From Macrostomum lignano (lineage: Eukaryota): a DNA stretch of 64,000 bases. The DNA is taken from the NCBI GenBank assembly GCA_002269645.1, contig NIVC01000768.1:141966-205965 (forward strand), in the 5' to 3' direction. The translations under genes were made by a program, and so were the position numbers. Of the stretch, positions 1-13,000 are shown one piece after another (positions within the stretch are counted from its first letter, which is position 1; each line of letters starts with the position of its first letter). The notes under the pieces are model-generated. The model was not told the DNA's origin. It did no database searches and saw only the letters and a program-made list of their open reading frames with translations.

Positions 1-1403
<1,403 letters not shown>

Positions 1404-1742
1404 TGCTTACAAATTTTCTTGTACATAATGTGAGCCCAGTCTCGAACTCTGCCCCTTCTGATTATAGTGTCCCAGAATTCTGACTATCGACTGAATTTAT
1501 TGATTAGCTTAAAGTGAACTCAGACAAGCCGTGTTAATCTTTTTGTGACTCACGAAATTTATCAGAATCCACCAGATGAAGCTCTTAGCTATGCAGTTTC
1601 AAAGATAGAATCTTAACCGATTTTCTGGCATTGCAATTTACTGTTTCAAGAAATATGATTTTCTGTGACAAACATAATATTGTCAGTTTGAGACTTTTAT
1701 TGAGATCAAAATTTGGCAGTCTTCTCAATCCGATGAGAATCA

Positions 1743-2514
1743 TCAGTCGTCATCCTTTTCTCCACGAGGCTTGCCCTTGCCCTTGCCCTTGCCCTTGCCC
1801 TTGGAGCCGCGCTTTTTGTTGAGCCTGCAATATTTGGGGGCAGCATGGTTCAATATGGTTCAGCATGGTTCAATATGGTTCAGTATGGTTCAATATGGTT
1901 CAATATGGTTCAGCATGGTTCAATATGGTTCAGAATGGTTCAATATGGTTCAATATGGTTCAGCATGGTTCAGTATGATTCAGCATGGTTCAATATGGTT
2001 CAGTATGGTTCAGTATGGTTCAGCATGGTTCAGTATGGTTCAGTATGGTTCAGTATGGTTCAGTATGGTTCAATATGGTTCAGTATGGTTCAGTTTGGTT
2101 CAATATGGTTCAGTATGGTTCAATATGGTTCAATATGGTTCAGTATGGTTCAGTATGATTCAGTATGGTTCAGTATGGTTCAGTATGGTTCAATATGGTT
2201 CAGTATGGTTCAGTATGGTTCAATATGGTTCAGCATGGTTCAGTATGGTTCAGTATGGTTCAGTTGATGGAGATGTAGGGTTTACTCACACAAGGCTGTA
2301 TAGTTGATGGAGATGTAGGGTTTACTCACACAAAATTTGCGGTTTTTTGAATGAATTACATTGCACATTCTACTTGTAATTACTATTTAAACCTATCATT
2401 TTCAGCCGAGAAAATGAACCAGCAAGAAAAACTGAACTTTTTCCTCCACAAATTGAAACTTGGCAACTCAGCCGCTGCTGCAGCGGGGCTTGGGAGGTGC
2501 TGGCGCGGACCCAG
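1743..2514 (-). CDS. putative last two exons of an unidentified small gene (Lys/Gly-rich C-terminus)
   Basis: Exons 2514-2393 and 1824-1743 splice in phase (GAT AG|G CTC) to give ...ENDR|LNKKRGSKGKGKGKGKGKPRGEKDDD*. Other frames also stay open. An upstream exon may lie near 3480-3600. Confidence 0.3.
1843..2263. repeat. 10-nt tandem array (CAGTATGGTT/CAATATGGTT)
   Basis: Direct reading; about 42 units. Confidence 0.97.
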
Positions 2515-2565
2515 CTACAGCCCAAACATTTGATCAGCAAAAAGCTCGCAAACTAAGACGGATTG

Positions 2566-3396
2566 TCTGTTCAATCGGCTCCATTGCATTTCAAACACAT
2601 CATTTTCTGTTCAATCATCTGCATTGCATTTCAAACACATCATTTTCTGTTCAATCATCTGCATTGCATTTCAAACACATCATTTTCTGTTCAATCATCT
2701 GCATTGCATTTCAAACACATCATTTTCTGTTCAATCATCTGCATTGCATTTCAAACACATCGTTTTCTGTTCAATCATCTGCATTGCATTTCAAACACAT
2801 CATTTTCTGTTCAACTGTCTCCATTGCATTTCAAACACATCATTTTCTGTTCAATCGGCTCCATTGCATTTCAAACACATCATTTTCTGTTCAATCGGCT
2901 CCATTGCATTTCAAACACACCATTTTCTGTTCAATCATCTGCATTGCATTTCAAACACATCATTTTCTGTTCAACTGTCTCCATTGCATTTCAAACACAT
3001 CATTTTCTGTTCAACTGTCTCCATTGCATTTCAAACACATCATTTTCTGTTCAATCGGCTCCATTGCATTTCAAACACATCATTTTCTGTTCAATCGGCT
3101 CCATTGCATTTCAAACACACCATTTTCTGTTCAATCATCTGCATTGCATTTCAAACACATCATTTTCTGTTCAACTGTCTCCATTGCATTTCAAACACAT
3201 CATTTTCTGTTCAATTGGCTCCATTGCATTTCAAACACATCATTTTCTGTTCAATCGGCTCCATTGCATTTCAAACACATCATTTTCTGTTCAATCGGCT
3301 CCATTGCATTTCAAACACACCATTTTCTGTTCAATCATCTGCATTGCATTTCAAACACATCATTTTCTGTTCAATCGGCTCCATTGCATTTCAAAC
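2566..3396. repeat. 40-nt minisatellite (CCATTGCATTTCAAACACATCATTTTCTGTTCAATCGGCT)
   Basis: About 21 units. Explains the three overlapping ORFs at 2460-3589. Confidence 0.97.
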
Positions 3397-3642
3397 GCTC
3401 CAGTTGAGACCAGAACTCTATTTGTACAACAAATACACTTGCAAAGTGCACCGGACCGCATCAGCAGCCAATCAAGTCACCCATGCTTCTCGGTATACAT
3501 TCTGCCAGAGGGGGGCGAAGCCAAGTGGACAAGCGCGGCGCTCTGACGTGCCAGCGGCCCAGGCTCGATTCCAAGTGCCGTCACATTAATTTGTGGCTAA
3601 ATTAGAATCTCGGCTTGGCTCTGCTCGTGCAGTTAACGGACT

Positions 3643-3817
3643 TGAGGGCCAACCCCCAAGGCACAGTGAAGTGTACATGCCTAACGATAAATAAAGTTAG
3701 GGCCGCTGTACACTCCTGTGTGAGTGTGTGCCTGTGCGTATGACTGCGTACGTATCCGCGCGCTTGTGTGCCTGCTCAGGGGAGCCTCTCGCCCGTTGTG
3801 CCACAATGTCGCTTAAG
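3643..3817. repeat. dispersed ~170-nt element with nested hairpin, copy 1
   Basis: Near-identical to 22341-22505; its 5' part matches 34140-34213. Stems GTGTACA/TGTACAC and CCTAAC/GTTAGG. Confidence 0.85.
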
Positions 3818-4035
3818 GCTCGTTCACACTGCTATCAAATAAGGCAAGATCTGTTATTATAAAGACCCTAGCAAGACAGACTTAACACGACGCTGCGATA
3901 GTTCGGCATTGTGCAAGCGGCGCGCTTCAATAAAAAAGCCTGTTGATTAAAGTCAGTTGTATTTTAAGCTGACAGAGTACTAACCAAACTGTACACACCA
4001 GTTGCTCAGTCCAAAGAAATGCTTTCTACTTTGCT

Positions 4036-5816
4036 TCAACGTCCAATTAGCTGACTTGGCGGTCCGGGCAGGGGGGCGCGGCCCCAGGACTGCTGCTGCA
4101 TGGAGACGGGCACTGCAGCATCGGCTGCGGAGGATGGCGCAACAGCTGATCTCATCTGCTGTCTGGAAGAGCCCAGCTGATAGGCGAGCAGCAGGTATTG
4201 CTGCACAGTGACGGGATAGGTGTAGTCAATTGGTCCGGTAGCGGCCTGGGCCTGCAGGTGAGCCTGCAGAGCTTCGTTCGGATGTTCAACAGCAAAGGCG
4301 CGGTCGGGGAAAACTCCGCTGAAAAACTCTTTCAACAATGGCCAGCCGAATTGCAGCCGGTTGCAGGGCCGGTACTCCGCTTCGACAAATACGCCTTTGA
4401 CGCTGTGCGACTGCAGAGGTTGGTGGTTAACAGCATGTTGCCGGTTGTGCAATCATGTTTGATAGCCACTTTGCTGAGGGATCAGAGAGCGATCCCAGAT
4501 TGGGGCACAGGAGGAGACTCTAGATGCAGCTGTTAGATTAGAGGGCGATTCTAGATGCAGCTGTTAGATTAGAGGGCGATTCTAGATGCAGCTGTTGGAT
4601 TAGATGGCAGCTAGATGCAGCTGTTGCTGGATTAGAGGGCGATTCTAGATGCAGCTGTTAGATTAGAGGGCAGCTAGATGCAGCTGTTGCTGGATTAGAG
4701 GGCGATTCTAGATACAGCTGTTGGATTAGAGGGCGATTCTAGATGCAGTTGTTGGATTAGAGGGCGATTCTAGATGCAGCTGTTAGATTAGAGGGCGATT
4801 CTAGATGCAGCTGTTGGATTAGAGGGCGATTCTAGATGCAGCTGTTGGATTAGATGGCAGCTAGATGCAGCTGTTGCTGGATTAGAGGGCGATTCTAGAT
4901 GCAGCTGTTAGATTAGAGGGCAGCTAGATGCAGCTGTTGCTGGATTAGAGGGCGATTCTAGATGCAGCTGTTGGATTAGAGGGCGATTCTAGATGCAGTT
5001 GTTGGATTAGAGGGCGATTCTAGATGCAGCTGTTAGATTAGAGGGCGATTCTAGATGCAGCTGTTAGATTAGAGGGCAGCTAGATGCAGCTGTTGCTGGA
5101 TTAGAGGGCGATTCTAGATGCAGCTGTTGGATTAGAGGGCGATTCTAGATGCAGTTGTTGGATTAGAGGGCGATTCTAGATGCAGCTGTTGGACTAGAGG
5201 GCGATTCTAGATGCAGCTGCTAGACTAAGGGGTGATTCTAGATTAAGGGATGATTCTAAATGGAGAACCAGAGGCTATCCTAGCTGCATGCATCAGAAGA
5301 TCAGGGAGAACACATTATAATTAAACGCAATCTAATAGAGCCACTCGCCTGTTTGAACACGGCCGTGGCCAGCCGGACAGTGAAATCGGCCAGCCGGTAT
5401 TTCGGACCCCGGCAGTGCACAGCCTGGCCGGGCTTGGCCTGGTACAGGGCGCGCAGCTGGCCAAGCAGCAGGCCGAACATGGAGTCGGCGCTGACTAGCG
5501 GGCCGGCCGCGGCTTCAATTGAAGATCCCGACGGCACAATATAGGACGACACCGGCGCCTCCGATGAGGCCACAACGTGAAGAGTGCGCGGCTGCGGCTG
5601 CTGCTGGGAGGCCGGCTGCTGCTGTTGCTGCTGCTGCTGTACAGGCGTGTACACCTCCATGTCCAGACTGAACTGTCCGGACTCGCGCTCAGCGCCTAGG
5701 CGTTCTAGACGGCCAGACAGATCCTCGATTAGTTGCTGTCCGGACAGAGCTGGGCCGCTTGACAACGGCTGCTCACCGGCTGAGCCGGACTCAATGAAAG
5801 CCACAACAGTGACGCC
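4036..5816 (-). CDS. MED20: Mediator subunit 20 (2 exons: 5816-5349, 4410-4036)
   Basis: [M]GVTVVAF...IEDLSGRLERLGAERESGQFSLDMEVY, YRLADFTVRLAT, KGVFVEAEYRPC and YPVTVQQYL align with MED20 (MGVTCV...LTRKLEMLGAEKQGTFCVDCETY; YQYCDFLVKVGT; RGISVEVEYGPC). Phase-0 intron with a GC donor (CAG|gcgagt). No ATG in the first exon. Confidence 0.88.
4517..5260. repeat. ~31-nt minisatellite in the MED20 intron
   Basis: Unit CTAGATGCAGCTGTTAGATTAGAGGGCGATT. Confidence 0.97.
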
Positions 5817-5859
5817 CTGGAGTTTACAAATTTATACGTGAATTTTCTTCTTTTTAGAG

Positions 5860-6074
5860 AATTATTATTATTATTAACTGATTACACCTGGGCCAGGACT
5901 GGAGGGTCGTCACACCCTCAATTACCCCAGCTAATGCTGGCACCCATTTTACAGCTGGGTGAACTGAAGCAATGCAGAGTTAGTGTCTTGCTCAAGGGCA
6001 CAAATTGTTCCAGTAGGATCGGGAATCGAACCCCCGACCTTCATGTCCGACGTCCATTGTCGATTGACCACGCG
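5860..6074 (-). mobile_element. tRNA-derived SINE with CORE-like central domain
   Basis: The minus strand reads a degenerate A box, the B box GGTTCGATTCCC, then TGTGCCCTTGAGCAAGACACTAAC...CAGCTGTAAAATGGGT (resembles the CORE domain TGTGACCTTGGGCAAGTCACTTAAC...CTGTAAAATGGG), then a (TAA)n tail. Confidence 0.75.
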
Positions 6075-6730
6075 TGCAAGATTTCATTCCTGCACACTTA
6101 TGCGTGCAGGATTGTAAGATAAGAACTGAGGACCAATAGATAAAGTAGACAGTATACTATCGTGGAATTTAATGTTCTTCAGGCCGTCTCGCTTACTGTA
6201 CATTTCACAGCCATCAATTATCGATCGTGCCCTAGACCCACCTCCCCCAAGCCCTTCTGCGTCTGCCATAAAATATTTTCTACCCTTAGCCGCGCCTCTC
6301 TGTCTGACACCCCCTTCCGTGCACAGCCAGCCCTAAAAATTAAGTTAATTTGTCTACCTCCTAGACCTTATCCGATCGAGATTCATACCAGAGAGAGAGG
6401 GGCCCTCTGACAGTCAATTATTTTGATAAGCGCAGCATTTTGATAAAAATTCTTAATGTTACTATTTCGCCCCCTTGACCCCTCTCTATGCACTCACTCA
6501 AATTTATGATGCAACTTAATAGTCAATCGACAATGGGATTCCAGACAACGTGCCTGAGTACAGTATTGGCGCCTGTGTGCTCAGGAGTCTGCGGAATGGG
6601 CAGAATTTCCGTCATTGCTAATTAAGGGTCGGTAAACAAGTATCGAGTGCTGCCATGCAAAACAGGTAAAGTAAATAAATTTTTTAAATCGAATAGCTCA
6701 GATAGGGTCATCGGACTGGGCCGCGACATA

Positions 6731-8030
6731 CGAGGGGAAGTCAAAAAGTAATGATAATTTTTCTCTCACGCCTAAAATATCAGAGTTATTGAACTGCAAC
6801 TGGTTTCATTTGAAAAAACATCTTTTGATCTTTATTTGACAGAGTTTTGGTTCTTCTAAAGTGATTGATGCCTGCATGGTGACACTCTAATCACAGTATA
6901 TCCTTTCAGCAATGGAAAATTCAAAAATCGAAGCTCGTACTAACGTGACGTTTATTGTATAGCTTGGTTGGAAGCCAGCCGAAATCATTGACGCTTTGAA
7001 GAAGGTCTATGGGGACACTGCTCCACCAGATCCAACCATTTATTGCTGGATTCAAGCTTTTAAGGAAGGCCGAGAGTCCACGGAAGACGCCCAGCGGTCG
7101 GGAAGGCCCACAACATCGCGCACAGGGGAAAGTGTGGCAGCTGTGCAGCCAGTGATTGAGCTGGATCGGCGCGTGACCATAGACAATATTGCTGACAAAG
7201 TGGGCATTGCTCATGGCAGTGCTCACTCCATTGTGACGGACTGTCTTGGTCTGAGCAAGCTGAGTGCCCGCTGGGTCCCGAGGCTGTTGCGGCCTGAACA
7301 CTGGGTTCAGCACACTGAGTGTGCCATCAACCTGCTGAACCGCTTGGACGCTGGTTCAGAAAACAGTTACCAGCGCTTAGTGACCGAGGATGAAACATGG
7401 ATATTTCAGTACAATCCCGAGTCCAAGTTCCAATCCAAGGAGTGGCTGCCACGAGGTTCAGCAGGCCCCAAGAAGTTCCATGCGGAACAGTCTGCAGCGA
7501 AGGTCTTGGCGACGATTCTCTGGGATGTTGAGGGAGTGGTGATGGTGGACTTCTTGGAAAGCCAGAAGACCATCAATGCCACCTATTATGCGTCGCTTCT
7601 GCGAAAGCTCTGCACCGAACTGGCCAAAAAGCAACCTGGCAAGCTGCACCTTGGGATTCTCTTTCACCACGACAATGCACCAGCCCACACTTCTCGGCTC
7701 TGCCATGAAGCCCTGCAAGATTTCCGCTGGGAAATCCTCCAGCATCCTCCATATAGCCCTGGTTTGGCTCCATAGGACTTTTTTTGCTTCCCAAGCTGAA
7801 GGAAGCAATCAAAAGGAGACCAAAATGAGGACAAAGAGGCTGCCAAAAAGGCTACTGTACAGTGGCTTGTTGCACAGCCTCCTGAGTTCTATGTGAACGG
7901 CCTGGAGAGATGGCGACACCGCATGGAGAAGCGTCTGACCCTGGAGGGGGACTATGTAGAAAATTAGATTTCCATTTGAAGTTTGACACTCGTGACAACA
8001 AAATTATCATTACTTTTTGACTTCCCCTCG
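6731..8030 (+). mobile_element. full-length mariner transposon (irritans/Hsmar2-like), transposase disrupted
   Basis: TIRs CGAGGGGAAGTCAAAAAGTAATGATAATTTT at both ends, flanked by TA duplications (6729-30, 8031-32). Transposase from ATG 6912 (MENSKIEARTNV..LGW) with WVPR, VTEDETW, HHDNAPAH and YSPGLAP. Stops at 6960 and 7773 and a frameshift near 7790. Confidence 0.95.
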
Positions 8031-8306
8031 TAACTGCCATTTTTCTCTTCACGCTTTTTTATTGATTCACTCTGTCACTGATCCTACTTCCACAAGTTCA
8101 ATCAAGACACAACAGTAACAGGATAGAAGAAACCAGTAATATTTATACAGTAGCTTACTAACAAAATTGCCAATAAGATGGAATACGAAGCTTTTTTAGA
8201 CAATTAAAAAATAATAAAGCGGATGCGCGCACTCACTACTGCTATCAGTAGTTGAATCAGATTTTCTAGGTAATGCAGACTAATTATTAATTAAAGAGTT
8301 GAGAAG

Positions 8307-8498
8307 CTACATAGGCGGCGGGGCGGCATCGCTGATGGGGCTGATGATGCTGAGCAGAGTGACTGGCGGATGGCCGGGCTCAGAGCCTTGCATGTAGCCC
8401 AGCACCATGACTAGCGGGATGTAGCCGTAGTAGAAGGCCAGTCGGCACAGGCCAACCAGGTTCATGATGCGCTTAGCGATGGTCTGAGTGACTGACAT
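8307..8498 (-). CDS. TOMM7: mitochondrial import receptor subunit TOM7
   Basis: MSVTQTIAKRIMNLVGLCRLAFYYGYIPLVMVLGYMQGSEPGHPPVTLLSII matches the TOM7 pattern (WGFIPLVIYLGF..GADPGMP..TVLSLL). AG acceptor 16 nt upstream of the ATG. Confidence 0.9.
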   Translation of the reverse strand: MSVTQTIAKRIMNLVGLCRLAFYYGYIPLVMVLGYMQGSEPGHPPVTLLSIISPISDAAPPPM

Positions 8499-8644
8499 GT
8501 CCGGGTTCGAATTTCTGAGCATGAATGTGCGCGCGATTTTTATATTATTAATATACTAATACAAAATATTCATAGCGACATACAATCCCAAACAAAAAAT
8601 CAAATGGGATAAAATCCCTAAAGTTACCCCGGCCAGCAGGACAA

Positions 8645-9075
8645 AATCCCTAATGGGATAAGATCCCTGATGAGATAAGATCCCTAATGGGATGAGATCC
8701 CTAGTGAGATAAAATCCCTAATGGGATAAGATCCCTAATGAGATAAGCCCTAATGAGATAAGCCCTAATGGGATAAGATCCCTAATGAGATTAATGGGAT
8801 AAGATCCCTAATGAGATTAATGGGATAAGATCCCTAATGAGATAAGATCCATAATTGAATAAGATCCCTAATGAGATAGGATCTCTAATGGGATAAGATC
8901 CCTAATGGGATAAGATCCCTAATTGGATAAGATCTCTAATGGGATAAGATCCCTAATGGGATAAGATCCCTAATTGGATAAGATCCCCAATGAGATAAGA
9001 TTCCTAATGGGATAAGATCCCTAATGGGATGAGATCCCTAATGAGGTAAGATCCCCAATGGATAAGATACATAAT
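8645..9075. repeat. ~17-nt tandem array (CCTAATGGGATAAGATC)
   Basis: Direct reading; between NVL and TOM7. Confidence 0.95.
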
Positions 9076-9610
9076 TAGACAAAATCCAAAGCCATCATAT
9101 ATATATCTCTAATAGAATAAAATCTCATCCTAATGCCTAATAGGATAAAATGGAACCAACCAGTGATTACACCCGCAGTGCTATCAGCAGTCGCAATCTC
9201 GCAGTTCGCAATCAGACCAGGTCAAAGGATATATTTATTGTACAATAAAACTGGTTCCAACGAGTACACACTAATAGGATGAAGACGAAAATGCATAATT
9301 ATAAATAAACTATTAGTTTCAACCAGACAATACGGTAGCAGGTTTACATAAGAATACTCTATTATAAAATAATTTAACTAACCAGCCAGCAACTGCAGCG
9401 TACAGCACACTGTTGCATTGCATAAATGCTGGGTTTTTATTAAAGCACACAAAAAGGCATACCACTGTAGCTAAAATGGCTCAGTAGGTTTATTAACAAT
9501 AGCCATTCTACACAAATATTCAATAGTTCCCTAAATTATTTTCAGCATCAAAATACTACACTTCGACAGTTTGAAAACGTACGAGTAGTTAGGCCAAGCT
9601 TGAGGATGGA

Positions 9611-9976
9611 ACTCACTCTGGAACTGATTCCGAACTCACTCGAACTGATTCCGAACTCACTCTGGAACTGATTCCGAACTCACTCGAACTGATTCCAAAA
9701 TCACTCTGGAACTGATTCCGAACTCACTCTGGAACTGATTCCGAACTCACTCTGGAACCAATTCCGAACTCACTCTGGAACCAATTCTAAACGCACTCTG
9801 GAACCAATTCCGAACTCACTCTGGAACCAATTCCGAACCCACTCTGGAACCAATTCTGAACTCACTCTGGAACCAATTCCGAAGTCACTCTGAAACAAAT
9901 TCCGAAATCGGTCTGGAACCAATTCCAAACTCACTCTGGAACCAATTCCGAACTCGGTCTGGAACCAATTCTGAAC
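9611..9976. repeat. 23-nt tandem array (GAACTCACTCTGGAACCAATTCC)
   Basis: Direct reading; starts about 100 nt past the NVL stop. Confidence 0.95.
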
Positions 9977-10077
9977 TGTGAAATCAACTCCCTCAATTTT
10001 TGCACAAAGTTGAATTCGCGCGCAAAAATATCTAGCTATAAGAGCAATCCGTTATCGATCGATAATCGCATCCAATT

Positions 10078-13000
10078 TCAATCCGCATCGGCGCCGCTAT
10101 TTGCCGCATTCCCGTCTTCGCCGTTCAGCTGCAGTCGTCGTCGTCGACTAGCCGTCGCCTGGGCCAATTTTACCGACAGCGCCGCTAGCGCCACATTGAA
10201 GTCCTCGTCAGTCACGTAGCGCCTACCACCGGCCAGCCTGGCGTTGAGCTTGGCCTCCTCAACCAGCTGGCTGAGCTCGGCGCCGCTCAGTCCCCGGCAC
10301 CTGCCATCGTCGGCAATCCTAGCCAGCGTAGACATCCGGTCGACACCGTCGCCGAATGGCGGCTTAGTTCGAGTCAGCGCGGCTAGAACTTCGAGACGTT
10401 CGGCGGAAGACTGCGGCTTTCGCACGACGATAGTCTTACCCAGGCGGCCCGGCCGGCGGATGGCCGCGTCAATCAAGTCCGGCCGGTTGGTGGCCGCCAT
10501 GACGAACACCTGGCCGCGGCACTCCAGCCCGTCTAATAGAGTCAGCAGCTGGTTAACCACCTGAGGTTTGTTTGGTGATAGCTTGAAGCAGGTTTATTGT
10601 ATCAACCCGACGATGAAATTAAATTAGCCTTGTGGCTTTCGGCGTTCCACCAATTAAAGACGACATCCTCTTTTCTTTTGCTCACTGCGCCAGCCAATAG
10701 CAACCCTGGCCCACCCCAATCTTTCCTACCCATCCATTTGCTCACTGCGCCAGCCAATAGCAACCCTGGCCCACCCCCATCTTTCCTACCCATCCATTTG
10801 CTCACTGCGCCAGCCAATAGCAGCCCTGGACCACCCCCATCTTTCCCTACCTTGCTGCTTGCCAGCCAATCATAATTAAGAAAACTCACCGTAGAATGAG
10901 CCCCTGTGTCGCTGCCCCGATGGGCGCAAACCGCGTCGATCTCATCGAAGAACACTAGACAGGGCTGGCAGGCTCTGGCATTCTCGAACAGCACGCGCAG
11001 CGCCCGTTCGCTTTCGCCCAGATATTTATCGAATATCTCCGGCCCTTTCACGCTCATAAAGTTCAATCCGGCTTCGTTGCTCAACGCTTTGGCCAGTAAA
11101 GTTTTGCCACAGCCGGGCTCGCCAACTAGTAGCAGACCGTCGGCTTTTTGGCCAATAGCCTCAGCGCCTTCTGGGTCCAGCACCAGCGACATGAATGTCT
11201 GGCGGATCTCGCGCTTAGCTTCGAAACAGCCGCCAATATCCTCCCAGCTGACGTCCGGGATGCGAACAAAGTGCGGCTTCTGCTTCGCCAACGGCAGCAC
11301 CCGATCGAAGGCAGACTGGAGGCGAGCCGAGTCTAATTCGAGAGCAGCTGGCTCGGTGCCAGGTGAGGCTGCAGCGGCTGGTTGGGGCGAGGGAGGGGTG
11401 GGGGCGGCTCTGTGTGACTGGTTCGGTTTTTAAGGGACTTTTATTTCGATATTCAGCACGCGAATGGAAGAATCGCCCTTTACTCTCAATCTCTCATTGA
11501 ACAATCGCCCTCTACTCTCATTGGAGAATCGCCCTTTACTCTCTTTGAAGAATCACCCTCTACTCTCATTGATGAATCGACCTCTACTCTCTTTGAAGAA
11601 TCGCGCTCTACTCTCTTAGAAGAATCGCCCTCTACTCTCATTGATGAATCGACCTCTACTCTAATTGATCAATCGCGTTCTACTCTTATTGAAGAATCGC
11701 CCTCTTCTCTCCTTGAAGAATCGCCTTCTACTCTCATAGGAGAATCGACCTCTAATTTCATAGGAGAATCGACCTCTAATCTCATTGGAGAATCGCCCTC
11801 TAATCTCATTGGAGAATCGCCCTCTGCTCTCATTGGAGAATCGCCCTCTAATCTCATAGGAGAATCGTCCTCTACTCTCCTATAATCTAGCACAATGGAC
11901 TCACAAAGAGAATCGCCAAAGTCTCGCATCAGCTTGGCGATCCGCTGGTAGCCGCTATCTTCGCCGTCAACGCCGCCGCCCCCGCTGTGAGGCAGTCGCA
12001 GGGAAACGTGCGCATCTTCCACCGCCTCCCGGACCAGCTGCTTCAAATCGCCAACATTGAATCCAACAGTTCTCAGAGAGCAGGATTCCAACAGATCGGA
12101 GCCGCTGCAGTCCAGCAGTCGGACCCCGGCCGAAGCGAACAGCTGACTGAGACAGGCGGCGCGTTGGCGCCGATCCAACAAGCCGAGGCGGACAACTTTG
12201 CGGAAGGCGCACAACAGACCGTCGTCCATGTCGGTCAGGGCGGAGCTGGACTCGCCAATTAACAATACGCGGGTGCCGACGAACTCAGGCAGACAGTTGA
12301 GCAGAGCTCGGCGGCAGGCGGCCAGAGGCTTGTTGGCCTCGGAGACGGTGGACAGTCGGTCGACGCTGTGCAGCAACAGCAGGCAGGGCTGGGCGGCAGT
12401 GGCTTTGGACAGCACAGCTTGCCACATCGCTGCCGCGGCTTCGGCAGTTTTGCCAGCGAACCAGTCTAGGTGCAGCTCGCATAGGGGCATGCCTGAGAGC
12501 TGGTTAAAATTTCAGTGAAGCTGGGGATCAATGGGGAATAGTGCTCAGATAAAGCTGGGGATCAATGGGGAATAGTGCTCAGATAAAGCTGGGGATCAAT
12601 GGGGAATAGTGCTCAGATAAAGCTGGGGATCAATGGGGAATAGTGCTCAGATAAAGCTGGGGATCAATGGGGAATAGTGCTCAGATAAAGCTGGGGATCA
12701 ATGGGGAATAGTGCTCAGATAAAGCTGGGGATCAATGGGGAATAGTGCTCAGATAAAACTGAGGATCAATGGGGAATAGTGCTCAGATAAAGCTGGGGAT
12801 CAATGGGGAATAGTGCTCAGATAAAGCTGGGGATCAATGGAGAATAGTGCTCAGATAAAACTGAGGATCAATGGAGAATAGTGCTCAGATAAAGTTAGCG
12901 ATCGATGGAAGATCCATGCCACAATAGAAAACACAATCATCAGACGATTTTTTGAAAGACTTACAGCGGCCACGGCCCGAACCAGAGTGGTTTTTCCGCT

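Noticed and set aside
2566-3396. CRISPR-like regular repeats here and in other arrays
   Set aside because: Units are head-to-tail with no unique spacers, no cas genes are present, and the context is eukaryotic introns.
1771-3589. long repetitive ORFs (MVQYGS..., HFKHIIFCS...)
   Set aside because: Stop-free 10-nt and 40-nt arrays open in several frames at once; no coding signal.
3643-3817. hammerhead, HDV-like or twister ribozyme in the hairpin element
   Set aside because: No CTGATGA/GAAA core, no GGTCCCAAGCCC-type twister motif, and an attempted HDV fold lacks the P1.1 and P2 pairings.
5990-6074. tRNA gene
   Set aside because: B box only, with a degenerate A box and no cloverleaf; it continues into a SINE body.
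11669-11904. EGDSPMRL repeat as part of the NVL protein
   Set aside because: It lies after a consensus donor (T|gtgagt at 11904) that splices in phase to 11377; read-through ends in a stop.
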